This document shows positions 9,741-18,967 of a DNA stretch of 56,994 nt, one piece after another. Positions within the stretch are counted from its first letter, which is position 1, and each line of letters opens with the position of its first letter. Source of the stretch: Clostridiales bacterium (GTDB lineage: Bacteria > Bacillota > Clostridia > Lachnospirales > JAISER01); the NCBI GenBank assembly GCA_031263985.1, contig JAISER010000039.1, positions 1-56,994 of the forward strand, given 5' to 3'. Under the pieces are notes generated by a model. That model saw nothing but the letters and a program-made list of their open reading frames with translations. It made no database searches and had not been told where the DNA came from. The translations under genes and the position numbers were made by a program.

Positions 9741-9780
9741 TAGAGTTTGTTCAAGATCTCCATTTCGCTTCTTTTCGGCC
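9741..9780. repeat. Truncated family B left end
   Basis: TAGAGTTTGTTCAAGATCTCCATTTCGCTTCTTTTCGG resembles the reverse complement of the right ends at 24690-24726 and 39330-39369. Confidence 0.55.
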
Positions 9781-9855
9781 TATCTTCCACCCAAGCCACA
9801 TGACCGCGGCGAAGCGTAGACAGGTTTGTTATGCGCGGCTCCAACTGTTTTACGC

Positions 9856-10626
9856 TTATTTTTTATACGCTATTATAAACATTCTTTGAAATGGAAAAAG
9901 AACCTTATTATTTGATTGTTCATTATAACGTTTTTTACATTCATCTAAAATTTCATTTTCAAGCTCCCGCTTCTCATCTTCTGTTACCAATTGTTCTAAA
10001 TATGGTCTTAACGCCGTTGAGCGCACAAAATCAATAATTCCTTTCATCGATTCCATTATATGATAATAATGTGTTTCCCATAAAGTAATTTCACCGGCAT
10101 ACTTATTTAATATTTCATAATAGTAATTAATTTCATGCTGTTTGTTCCAAATATTGCTTTTTATACGATTGTTCCATTTTTCCTTTTTCAAAGCGTCGTT
10201 TATAGCGAAATTTACAGGCATATTTTCAAAATTTGGAATTTGCGCGGCGAACGCTCCGTTATCCTCTACCGCATTCCACAATTTTGGTATCAAAATTTCA
10301 GGGTTGTCCATCCATTGAAGGGATGCGTTTGAAAATACAAGCGAATATTCTTTATCATCAGCTATGTTTTCCGCTCTTTCGTGTATCCATGTCTGGTTTG
10401 GATAATCACTTTTCGCTTTTTCTATCATGCTTTTAGATGAATCCAGCCCAACGACATTACAATTCGGCCATTTGTTTGCCAATATCCGCGTACTGTTTCC
10501 GGGTCCGCAGCCAATATCTATAATTTTTTTAGGATTACTCAAACTTATTTTCTCCACTAAATCAATCGCGGGCTGCGTTCTTTCGTTTTCAAAAAGTAAA
10601 TATTTATCGGGATTCCAATCTTTCAT
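9856..10626 (-). CDS. tam: Trans-aconitate 2-methyltransferase-like SAM-dependent methyltransferase
   Basis: W.P..YL.F..ERTQPA.DL, DIGCGPGNST, FSNASLQW, T.LRPYL, FPF.R.F; markedly AT-rich; ATG at 10626 after GAAGGA. Confidence 0.85.
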   Translation of the reverse strand: MKDWNPDKYLLFENERTQPAIDLVEKISLSNPKKIIDIGCGPGNSTRILANKWPNCNVVGLDSSKSMIEKAKSDYPNQTWIHERAENIADDKEYSLVFSNASLQWMDNPEILIPKLWNAVEDNGAFAAQIPNFENMPVNFAINDALKKEKWNNRIKSNIWNKQHEINYYYEILNKYAGEITLWETHYYHIMESMKGIIDFVRSTALRPYLEQLVTEDEKRELENEILDECKKRYNEQSNNKVLFPFQRMFIIAYKK

Positions 10627-10774
10627 ATAATTTCCTTCGCCCAAGCCGCCGTAAAACGGCGCGGCTGATTTTGGCTTTAACGTAACCTTCCGCGCTTGCG
10701 GGCGATCATTATGTCAATTATTTAGCGGCTTGGTTTTCAAAGCGCGCGATTCCCGCTTTCAAGCTCTCCGGCGG

Positions 10775-11983
10775 TTACACCGTGACGATCGGTTTTGTAT
10801 ATTCAGCGTTTGACGGGTACGCCTTCGCGCCTGTCGCCAGGTAATATACATCCGTGGCGAGCGTCTCGCGGCGAAGCATAACTTTAGCGGCGCCAGTCAG
10901 AACCGCGTCCGCTTTTTTCATGTTCGTTACAATCGGCGCGACGCTTTTTTTAACGATTTCAGCTAAAAGCGGCGCGGCGCTTTTTTTAAATCCGAGAACG
11001 CGCGTATACTGAGGTCCGCCATTTCGCTCATAGAGCGCGAATTCCTCTTTAGATAAACGTATTACGCAGTGTAAAACAGCGCGGCTTATTTTGGTTTTAG
11101 CGTAGCGTTTGGCGCTTACAAGCGATATTATGTCGCTTATTTCGCGCGCTTGGCTCTCAAAGCGCGCGATCCTGTTTTCAAGCCCTTCGGTCATATCCAT
11201 CACGCTTCCAAGCCAACCCGCGTCGTTCGTTTTGACCGTGTAATGAAAAACCCCGCTTAGGCTGTCAATTGACGCTAAATCGGAGTTCTTTAATATTTCA
11301 TGACACGCGGGCGGCATGACGCGTATGACGCTGGAGATGTCCTTAAACGCGGCCTCGCGTATGGAGGCGGCGGAAACGATCGTCGCGCCGGCGGGTATTT
11401 CAGCGACGACTCGCTCCGAAGCCTTTCTTTTGTAAGCGTAAGCGGTAATGGGAGCTTTCTGGCGTATAATCGCCTTCAAATACTCCACGCCTAATATGTC
11501 GTTTGGGCGGTCCGTAACGTCAGAAGGCGCGCCTGTCGCGTAAAGAGCGGCTTTGCGCGCCGCGTGATAGCTTAAGCCGCTGTCAAGGCCGTCTTTCAGA
11601 ACGCGGGTGAAATCGTCTGATTCGGCGGCCAGCGCCTCCGCCGTTTTTTGAAGCTTGACTATGTCGCCGCATTCGGAGCCGAAGCACACGCTGTCAACGA
11701 CGCCGGTAGAGCGCAGTATTTTGATTGACGCGGACGCGAAGAATTCCGCGCTGGCCGTGGCGTAAGCCACAGGGATCTCTAAGACTATGTCAGCGCCGCA
11801 AATGAGGGCCATGCGCGCGCGCGACCATTTGTCCGCAATCGCGGGTTCTCCGCGCTGCGTGAAGTTTCCGCTCATCGCCACGACGATGGCGTCGCGCCCG
11901 GACATCTCTCTGGCCGCTTTGATATGCGCGGCGTGTCCGTTGTGAAATGGATTATATTCGGCTACAACGCCAACCGCGGGCAT
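10775..11983 (-). CDS. tmcAL: tRNA(Met) cytidine acetate ligase (YlbM/TmcAL, HIGH nucleotidyltransferase family)
   Basis: AEYNPFHNGH, MSGNFTQRGEP, FGSE, PNDILGVEY, EGLENR. Confidence 0.9.
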   Translation of the reverse strand: MPAVGVVAEYNPFHNGHAAHIKAAREMSGRDAIVVAMSGNFTQRGEPAIADKWSRARMALICGADIVLEIPVAYATASAEFFASASIKILRSTGVVDSVCFGSECGDIVKLQKTAEALAAESDDFTRVLKDGLDSGLSYHAARKAALYATGAPSDVTDRPNDILGVEYLKAIIRQKAPITAYAYKRKASERVVAEIPAGATIVSAASIREAAFKDISSVIRVMPPACHEILKNSDLASIDSLSGVFHYTVKTNDAGWLGSVMDMTEGLENRIARFESQAREISDIISLVSAKRYAKTKISRAVLHCVIRLSKEEFALYERNGGPQYTRVLGFKKSAAPLLAEIVKKSVAPIVTNMKKADAVLTGAAKVMLRRETLATDVYYLATGAKAYPSNAEYTKPIVTV

Positions 11984-11993
11984 ATTCGGACCC

Positions 11994-12305
11994 CTAACTT
12001 TTCGCGTCGTTGTAAAACAAAATTTCGTCGGGCATTACAAGGTCGAGCTGTTCGCGGGCGATTTTTTCAACAAACGCGTCGCTGCCGTAATATTCGCGGC
12101 TTAATTCCAGACGCGCGGCTTTAGTCGTTTCGTTGTCTATCATGGCGCGCGTTTCATCCGCCATGCGGGTATATTCGCTTATATCTATCGCTTTGGAAAA
12201 AATCGCCACCGTGGCCGACGCAAGGAGCGTCAGCCAAAATAATATGTACAGTCGAAACCGGATTTTGCCTCTATGTTTTTGGTCTTTAGTATCCAAGCGC
12301 AACAC
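11994..12305 (-). CDS. divIC: Septum formation initiator (DivIC/FtsB family)
   Basis: TM helix plus coiled coil, FVEKIAREQLDLVMPDEI; follows yabQ. Confidence 0.85.
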   Translation of the reverse strand: MLRLDTKDQKHRGKIRFRLYILFWLTLLASATVAIFSKAIDISEYTRMADETRAMIDNETTKAARLELSREYYGSDAFVEKIAREQLDLVMPDEILFYNDAKS

Positions 12306-12306
12306 C

Positions 12307-12813
12307 TTATATCTTTTTCAGAATATTCAAACTGCGTTTAAATGATTTTTTCTTAATTTTGACATATCGTTTTGATTTTTGCAACAAGTTTTTCGCGGGC
12401 TTTTCCGCTAATTTAACCTTTTCAAAAGCAAAAGACGCCAAAACGGACAGTGTTTTGACTATAAATCTGACTGGAATCAGTATTAAACGCGTCACGGCTT
12501 TAATTATTTTTTTAATGACGGTTATCACCGCGATAAAAATTTTTATGATAACCCGGCTTAGCGTCGCGAAATATAAAACGGCGCCTACAGCCGCGCCGAC
12601 AAATGAAAAAGCGCGCGTTTCGCCGCCGTTTACATGGAGCGTAAGCAAAAACATGCCTGCCGCCGCGATAAGCCAAAACATAGCGTCCTCGACCTGCACT
12701 ACCGCGTTGTGATGTTTGACGGCGAGTCTTGTTACCCGAAACAAATCGTAGACAAAGCCTATAGCGAAGCCCGCCAAAACCGAAATGAAAAAAAGCGTCG
12801 TCTGACTTAACAT
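12307..12813 (-). CDS. yabQ: Spore cortex biosynthesis protein YabQ
   Basis: GFVYDLFR, ED..FW, NGGE.R; synteny yabP-yabQ-divIC. Confidence 0.88.
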   Translation of the reverse strand: MLSQTTLFFISVLAGFAIGFVYDLFRVTRLAVKHHNAVVQVEDAMFWLIAAAGMFLLTLHVNGGETRAFSFVGAAVGAVLYFATLSRVIIKIFIAVITVIKKIIKAVTRLILIPVRFIVKTLSVLASFAFEKVKLAEKPAKNLLQKSKRYVKIKKKSFKRSLNILKKI

Positions 12814-12837
12814 GTTCTTCCTCCGTCTGACGAACCG

Positions 12838-13125
12838 TCATTTAAACAGTTTGTTAAAAAATGATCCGCCGCCTTTGCCAAAAGCCGATTGATCCTCGTA
12901 GGTTACGCTGGCGATATCGCCGTCAATCTCAAGCTCTCCGTTTTCCAGGTTAAGTCTGCTTACGTGCAGATTTACGCCTCTTATGACAAGCGAGCCAAGC
13001 TCCGTATCCGTTATCACCGTTTCGTCGTCAAAAGAAATAACGTCTATAACGCCTGTAACGACCGCGATTTCCCTTCGTGAGACGTTTATAGAATGTTTGG
13101 AAAAGCTTCTTTTTTCATCAGCCAT
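12838..13125 (-). CDS. yabP: Sporulation protein YabP
   Basis: VTGVIDVISFDD..V...TELG.L.IRG.NLHV..LNLE.G; ATG at 13125 after AAAGGAG. Confidence 0.92.
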   Translation of the reverse strand: MADEKRSFSKHSINVSRREIAVVTGVIDVISFDDETVITDTELGSLVIRGVNLHVSRLNLENGELEIDGDIASVTYEDQSAFGKGGGSFFNKLFK

Positions 13126-13160
13126 AATATGCTCCTTTCGCGCCACGGCGTCTTTCTATA

Positions 13161-13191
13161 AATATATGAGCGTTTAAAGGAGCGCTATGAC
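13161..13191 (-). promoter_or_regulatory. SigE-type promoter of yabP-yabQ-divIC
   Basis: Minus strand GTCATA-N17-CATATATT; yabP is SigE-dependent in Bacillus subtilis. Confidence 0.7.
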
Positions 13192-13239
13192 TTTTCTTAA
13201 CGTATATTACTCGGCGGGAGCAAAGGCGGCTTTGGCCGG

Positions 13240-14085
13240 TTAACCGTATGAGGCCGCGTTTATGAAACATTTAAACGCGTCGCCGGTTGACGTTACGCCT
13301 TCGAACAGATAAGCCGGTTGGACTACGCTGTCCTCGTATATATACGCGAGCGAGCATTTGGCAAGCTCTATCAGCTCGCCGTCAGGCAAGTCGAGAGGCA
13401 GACGCGTCGCCGCGGTTTCCATGGATATCGTTTTAACGCTGCCAAGCCGTTGATAATGTATGTTGTAATATGTCAAAGACTTAACGCCGCCGTTGGCGTT
13501 AAGCGTTACGGATGTGGTGAAAGAATAGTTTTTGATGTTCCCTATGCGGTTGATGAAACAGACTTCATACGTTTCGCCGTCAAAGTTCGTTTCCGCCTCC
13601 TCATAGCTTAAAAACAGGAATCTTTTGTCGATAAAATCTTCGGCTATTTTAAGGGCCTCTTCGCTTGTTATAAGCTCATCCTCGCCTTTGGCCGCCTTCG
13701 TTACGTAGTTTATTAGATTGCCGTATTTACTGACGTATACGGATCCATTTTCGTCGGAGCAGCTGAAATATTGCTCCGTCTCCTCTATGGCCGCCGAAAC
13801 GTCGGGTTCAGATACGTTCATGCCGAACAATAAAAAATAATATATCGCTCCGTCTATGTCAAGCGTTTTGTATTTGGGCATGTATGTGTTGAGCGTGCCT
13901 GACGGCGTACGCGAAAGTTTAAACTTTATGTCGTAAATGTCATTCAGGCGAGGGTTGGCGGCGTCCGTTCGCCACGCGGTCGAGACGCTGGTAAGAAATG
14001 GCGTCGGCGAGAATCGCTCGTTAAAAAAAATAGCGAAACTGACGAAGAAAATCAGCGTGAACAAGAAATAGTATTTTTTCATCAA
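13240..14085 (-). CDS. Hypothetical N-terminally anchored extracytoplasmic protein (loosely YcdB/YycI-like)
   Basis: Hydrophobic N-terminus; EEALKIAEDFI; C-terminal PAYLFEG...FINA. Confidence 0.6.
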   Translation of the reverse strand: MMKKYYFLFTLIFFVSFAIFFNERFSPTPFLTSVSTAWRTDAANPRLNDIYDIKFKLSRTPSGTLNTYMPKYKTLDIDGAIYYFLLFGMNVSEPDVSAAIEETEQYFSCSDENGSVYVSKYGNLINYVTKAAKGEDELITSEEALKIAEDFIDKRFLFLSYEEAETNFDGETYEVCFINRIGNIKNYSFTTSVTLNANGGVKSLTYYNIHYQRLGSVKTISMETAATRLPLDLPDGELIELAKCSLAYIYEDSVVQPAYLFEGVTSTGDAFKCFINAASYG

Positions 14086-14274
14086 TGCGTATCACCTAGT
14101 CGTTGTCGTTTTATTAGCGCAGTCATTATTAGGATGGGGAAATAATTACATATTTATACGCGTCGGACCTAAAATATATTGAAAATAGGGAGACAAAACG
14201 TTATAATACGCACGGCGGCGAAGCTTCGAGGCGATTGCGAAAGAGCTTACGCGAGCTAAACGGAGGTTGGGCTG

Positions 14275-15675
14275 ATGGTATTCAACTCGTGGACATACGC
14301 GTTTTTTTTCGCGGCCGCGCTCCTGGTCTATCATATATGTCCGCGCAAGCTCAAATGGATGTCGTTGCTGGCGGCCAGCTGCATATTTTATATGGCGTGG
14401 AATCCGGTCCTGATGCTTTTGCTTATTTTTGTCGCGTTAGTGAATTTTTTGTGCGCAATGGCGGAAAACCATAAAAAACCGGCGCTTGTGATAGCGCTGG
14501 CGCTTAGCTTCGGCGTTTTGGCGGCGTTTAAATATCTGAACTTTTTACTGTCAGGCGTTTTAGGCCTTTTTGGCGAAACGGCTGAATTTGACATAATTCT
14601 GCCGATGGGCATCTCTTTTTATACGTTTCAGTCGGTAGGATATACGATAGACGTTTATAGAGGCGTTATGGAGCCGCAAAAAAACTTCTTCAAGTTTTTG
14701 CTTTTTATAACGTTTTTTCCTCAGCTTGTCGCGGGTCCGATAGAACGCGCGGAGAATATTACGCCGCAACTGTTCTCCGGCGAAAAGCTCTCTCTCGACA
14801 ATTTCATGGACGGCGGCGCGTACATGATACTGGGCTATTTTAAAAAAGTCGCTGTCGCGGACAGAATAGCGATCGCTGTGAACGCCGTATATAAGGCGCC
14901 TGCTAATTTTGGGGGACTCGCGCTTATAACGGCCGCCGCGCTGTTTTCGTTCCAAATATATTGCGACTTCAGCGGATACAGCGATATCGCCGTCGGGTGC
15001 GCGAAGTGCTTCGGCATAGATTTGTCGCAAAATTTTCGCCAGCCGTTTTTATCTAAAAGTTTAAAGGAATTTTGGCGCCGTTGGCACATATCGCTGTCGT
15101 CATGGTTTAAAGATTACGTTTATTTTCCGCTTGGCGGAGGGCGCGTTTCAAAGCCGCGCCGCGCCTTCAACACGCTGCTGACGTTTTTATTAAGCGGTCT
15201 TTGGCATGGCGCAAGCGTGATGTTCTTGGCGTGGGGCTTTTTGCACGGCGCGTGCCAGGCTGTTCTGGAGTTTTCGCCAAAGATTCTGGCCGGGAAGAAA
15301 TGCTGGCTTTGGGATTTCTTGCGCGTATGCGCGACGTTTTCGTTCGTTACGTTCGCGTTTATATTCTTTAGGGCGGGGACGTTCGACGTCGCGTTTACGT
15401 TCATCAGCCGTTTGTTCGTAGATGTGAACGAATGGATGAAGATCGATTATATATTTAAAACGCTGGAAGGATTCGGCATGGGCGCCGTTGAGTTTTTGAC
15501 GGGCGTCGGGTGCGTGACGGCGCTTATCGTTACGGACCTCATAGGCGGCGAGACAAGCTTTTTCGACAAGACGCGGGGCGCCGCTCGCTTTTTAGCCTGC
15601 GCCGCTTTAGCGGTCATAACGATTTCAACGGGAGTGTTTTATGACGCGCAAGGCTTTATATATTTCCAATTTTAA
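14275..15675 (+). CDS. MBOAT family O-acyltransferase (AlgI/PatA-like)
   Basis: MVFNS, LPMGISFYTFQ, FFPQLVAGPIER, DFSGYSD, FWRRWHISLS, SGLWHGA, C-terminal FIYFQF. Confidence 0.92.
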   Translation: MVFNSWTYAFFFAAALLVYHICPRKLKWMSLLAASCIFYMAWNPVLMLLLIFVALVNFLCAMAENHKKPALVIALALSFGVLAAFKYLNFLLSGVLGLFGETAEFDIILPMGISFYTFQSVGYTIDVYRGVMEPQKNFFKFLLFITFFPQLVAGPIERAENITPQLFSGEKLSLDNFMDGGAYMILGYFKKVAVADRIAIAVNAVYKAPANFGGLALITAAALFSFQIYCDFSGYSDIAVGCAKCFGIDLSQNFRQPFLSKSLKEFWRRWHISLSSWFKDYVYFPLGGGRVSKPRRAFNTLLTFLLSGLWHGASVMFLAWGFLHGACQAVLEFSPKILAGKKCWLWDFLRVCATFSFVTFAFIFFRAGTFDVAFTFISRLFVDVNEWMKIDYIFKTLEGFGMGAVEFLTGVGCVTALIVTDLIGGETSFFDKTRGAARFLACAALAVITISTGVFYDAQGFIYFQF

Positions 15676-16672
15676 GAAAACGCTTATATTGATTTTGTTC
15701 ATCGCCGCTTTCGCGTCGGCGTCGGTTGGCGTGGGCGAGTTCTACGAGTCTATAGCCGCGAAAAACAAGGTTAATTTATGGAGCGAGCAGCGATTCAGCG
15801 ATTTTTACGCGCTGGAACGTAATTCGATTGACATAGCTTTTTTGGGTTCGTCGCATTCATATTGTACGTTTGATCCGGAAAAGCTCGAAGACACGCTGGG
15901 CATGACGTGCTATCAGCTTGGAATGCCGGGGCAACTGCCGGACGCGACCTATTATACGCTGTTAGAGCTTTTAAACTATCAGAACCCGAAATGCGTCGTC
16001 GTGGAGCTTTATTGGGAATTGACCGACAAGGAATTCGACATGAAGCAGGCGGAAGCGCTATTTCGGGCGCTTAAAAATGAGGAGCTACAAAAGGATTATT
16101 TTAAAAACGTCGTTCCGCCGGGCGAAAAGTTAAGCTATATGATTAAGCCCGTACGTTATCAGCGGGATGTTTTCGCGTGGGCGGAAACGCGATTTTGGAG
16201 CGTCGCGGAAGAAAAGCTGGGCGTGAAAAGGCGCGTTCCCGAAGGCGTGGAATACTACCGTTCAAAAGGCTATATTTACTGCGACTATGTCATGGGCGAA
16301 GATGAGTATGTAAAAATTTCAAACGAAAAGGGATTGGACGGCGCGCAGTGGCGAATTGCCGGCGCGCAGGAGAAATATTTGAGGATGATAGCGGAACTGT
16401 GCGGTGAACGTCGCATAAAGCTCGCGTTCGTTACCGCGCCTGTGTCCAATGTGTATTTGAGCGGCGTGGAGCGTTATGACGCTATATACGACGCGGCGCG
16501 CTCGCTCGCGGACGAATGCGGCGCGCCGTATTTGGATTTTAACCAAGTGAACGCTCAAAAGAACGTTTTTGAAGACAAGCGTTTCCGTGACGCCAGGCAT
16601 CTTAATGACTCAGGCTCGACGGTCGCGTGCGCTTATTTCGCTGAATGGCTAAAAAATATTCTTGTTGAATGA
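15641..16672 (+). CDS. SGNH-hydrolase-like O-acetyltransferase partner (AlgJ/PatB/DltD-like)
   Basis: N-terminal TM, FLGSSH block, D..HLN..G catalytic motif; overlaps the MBOAT stop. Confidence 0.75.
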   Translation: MTRKALYISNFKKTLILILFIAAFASASVGVGEFYESIAAKNKVNLWSEQRFSDFYALERNSIDIAFLGSSHSYCTFDPEKLEDTLGMTCYQLGMPGQLPDATYYTLLELLNYQNPKCVVVELYWELTDKEFDMKQAEALFRALKNEELQKDYFKNVVPPGEKLSYMIKPVRYQRDVFAWAETRFWSVAEEKLGVKRRVPEGVEYYRSKGYIYCDYVMGEDEYVKISNEKGLDGAQWRIAGAQEKYLRMIAELCGERRIKLAFVTAPVSNVYLSGVERYDAIYDAARSLADECGAPYLDFNQVNAQKNVFEDKRFRDARHLNDSGSTVACAYFAEWLKNILVE

Positions 16673-16863
16673 TACGCATATATAATTGGCGTAGCGCTAA
16701 GACTATAAATGTAATGCCGGTCGCGTTCGTTCAGAACGCTAGGCTGGCGAAAAATAAAAATCCATGAGAATTGAAGCTAGAAGGGAAAAAGAAAAAAGGA
16801 CGAAAATAATGGACGAAAGCCGCCAGCCGCATAAAACGGAGGCGGCTTCTATATTTTAAAGGA

Positions 16864-17087
16864 TGAGAAGGATTTTTTTGGGGGAAACTTTTTGAAAAAA
16901 GTTTCCCCCAAGCCCCCTTCAAAAACTTCTCCAAAAACTCCGCTTCGCGTCGTTTGTGAATGGGCATGGTCGGGGCAAAAGGGGAGAAAGGGATTTTTTT
17001 TGGGGGAAACTTTTTGAAAAAAGTTTCCCCCAAGCCCCCTTCAAAAACTTCCCCAAAAACTCCGCTTCGCGTCGTTTTTGAATGGGA
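16864..17087 (-). repeat. Two tandem 122-bp REP-like palindromic units
   Basis: GGGGGAAACTTTTTGAAAAAAGTTTCCCCCAAGCCCCCTTCAAAAACTT starts at 16880 and 17002. Confidence 0.85.
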
Positions 17088-17130
17088 GTGAAGGTTATTC
17101 TCATGGAACGAGAAAGAGGTTTAAATGAAT

Positions 17131-17784
17131 TTTTCGAAAATCTTTTCTAGTATTTGTTCAAAAACGGAGCGAAGCGAAGTTTTTGGATAAAAGCTTTTTG
17201 AAGGAGGTTTAGAGAGAACTTTTTCTCGAAAAAGTTTCCTCTAAGAAAAAATCTTCAAAAAAGTTTTTTTCCCGAACCGCTTTTAGGAAACGAAAAATGG
17301 TTTTGGGAGCCTTTTGGAAATCTTTTCTGATTTCTCTCAAAAACGGAGCGAAGCGGAGTTTTTGAATAGAAGCTTTTTGAAGGAGGTTTGGAGGAAACTT
17401 TTTCGAGAAAAGTTTCCTCCAAGAAGAAATCTTCAAAAAAGTTTTTTTCCCGAACCGCTTTTAGGAAACGAAAAATGGTTTTGGGAGCTTTTCGGAAATC
17501 TTTTCTGATTTTACTCAAAAACGGAGCGAAGCGGAGTTTTTGGATAGAAGCTTTTTGAAGGAGGTTTGGAGGAAACTTTTTCTCGAAAAAGTTTCCTACA
17601 AGAAAAAATCTTCAAAAAAGTTTTTTTCCCGAACCGCTTTTAGGAAACGAAAAATGGTTTTGGGAACCTTTCAGAAATCTTTTCTGGTTTTGCTCAAAAA
17701 TGGAGCGAAGCGGAGTTTTTGGATGAAAGCTTTTTGAAGGAGGTTTGGAGGAAACTTTTTCTCGAAAAAGTTTCCTCCAAAAGA
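17131..17784 (+). repeat. Tandem array of ~179-bp units (about 3.6 copies), each with a REP-like palindrome
   Basis: AAAA(C/T)GGAGCGAAGCG starts at 17161, 17340, 17518 and 17697; palindrome GGAGGAAACTTTTTCTCGAAAAAGTTTCCTCC; same family as 16864-17087 in opposite orientation. Confidence 0.9.
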
Positions 17785-17797
17785 AAATATTTTAAAT

Positions 17798-18514
17798 TTA
17801 CTTAGCGCCGCGTCTTTTTATTACGGAAACGATTGTTTTAAAAAAGATCTTCACGTCAAACGCTAATGAATGGTTTCTTATGTAATAAAGTTCCATATCC
17901 TGCCGTTCTCCTGTTGAATATAGGGCGTCGTTTCGTCCGTAAGCCTGCCAGTAACCTGTTAGGCCGGGCTTAACGGACAGGAATTCATCCGCGTTATCCC
18001 CATAGAATGCCAGTTCCATTATGGTGACGGGCCTTGGACCTATGACGCTCAAGTCGCCTTTCAGGATATTCAATAGCTGCGCAAGCTCATCGACGCTCGT
18101 ATGGCGGAGGAAGCGTCCGAGTTTTGTTACGCGCGGATCATTGTCAATCTTATATTCCATTTGATATTCCGATAGCTGTTCAGGCGTCAGAATGTCTTCC
18201 AGCGGTCGATCGTCTTTGCGCATGCTTCGGAATTTGTACAGATAAATCTCTTTTCCGTTAAGCCCGACTCGCTTGTGCCTGTATATAGGTGAGCCGCGTG
18301 ACGCCACAGTTGTGATTACAGTGATCAGAGCCAGAAACGGGGAGAGTATCGCAAGTCCCAAGAGCGACGCCGCGATATCAATCGCCCGTTTCGCGAATAG
18401 CGCGCGGCGTTTTTGTCTTCGGGAGGTATGAAGAGGAGGTTTGGTTTGCTGTTTCGTAAATTCTTTGAGACTTTGTAGCTGGGTCGTGGAATTATATGAT
18501 TCTTCGCTGGTCAT
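17798..18514 (-). CDS. Bacterial sugar transferase (undecaprenyl-phosphate phosphoglycosyl transferase, small WcaJ/CpsE/PglC type)
   Basis: KRAIDI, YKFRSM, DPRVT..GRFLR.TS.DEL.QL.N, GPRP, KPGLTG.WQ. Confidence 0.9.
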   Translation of the reverse strand: MTSEESYNSTTQLQSLKEFTKQQTKPPLHTSRRQKRRALFAKRAIDIAASLLGLAILSPFLALITVITTVASRGSPIYRHKRVGLNGKEIYLYKFRSMRKDDRPLEDILTPEQLSEYQMEYKIDNDPRVTKLGRFLRHTSVDELAQLLNILKGDLSVIGPRPVTIMELAFYGDNADEFLSVKPGLTGYWQAYGRNDALYSTGERQDMELYYIRNHSLAFDVKIFFKTIVSVIKRRGAK

Positions 18515-18967
18515 ATGCCCATCCTTATTTCATGGCGAAACTACGCCGTATTTCTGATTTACATTAATGTTTTCGGCAAGCCGATTCATTGGCGCCGAGG
18601 ATTCGTTTAGCTCGCTCGTAGACATGGACGCTTCGGACGATCATGAGCGAGCTCGCTTAGAGCAATCATAATATCGCTGATTATAGCGCTATGCCATTTG
18701 GCAGTAAAGACAAAATTATATAAAGTTCGTTATATTTTAGTCAAATGAGCGAAAACTACGTTCGCGTAAATATAGCGAGGATACGGCCCATTGTCGCCGA
18801 GGGACGCGTAATGACGGTTATTATAACGACGTTAAAATATGGGGAACTTGTTCAGCGAGAACCGCCGCGGGTCATGTCGTTTTTGCGTTTTCTTGATGGA
18901 GATGGCGTTGACGCTTTAATTTAAGCGTGAGTCATGAGGCGCGTTTCGTTTACGCATATCCGCGCGT

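Noticed and set aside
16731-17737. Short ORFs in the repeat arrays (16731..17033, 16919..17104, 17209..17436, 17255..17518, 17314..17508, 17540..17737)
   Set aside because: They are translations of the palindromic repeats on both strands, K/F-rich and with no convincing RBS
17131-17784. Possible CRISPR array
   Set aside because: Whole 179-bp units are near-identical with no unique spacers, and there are no cas genes in the window
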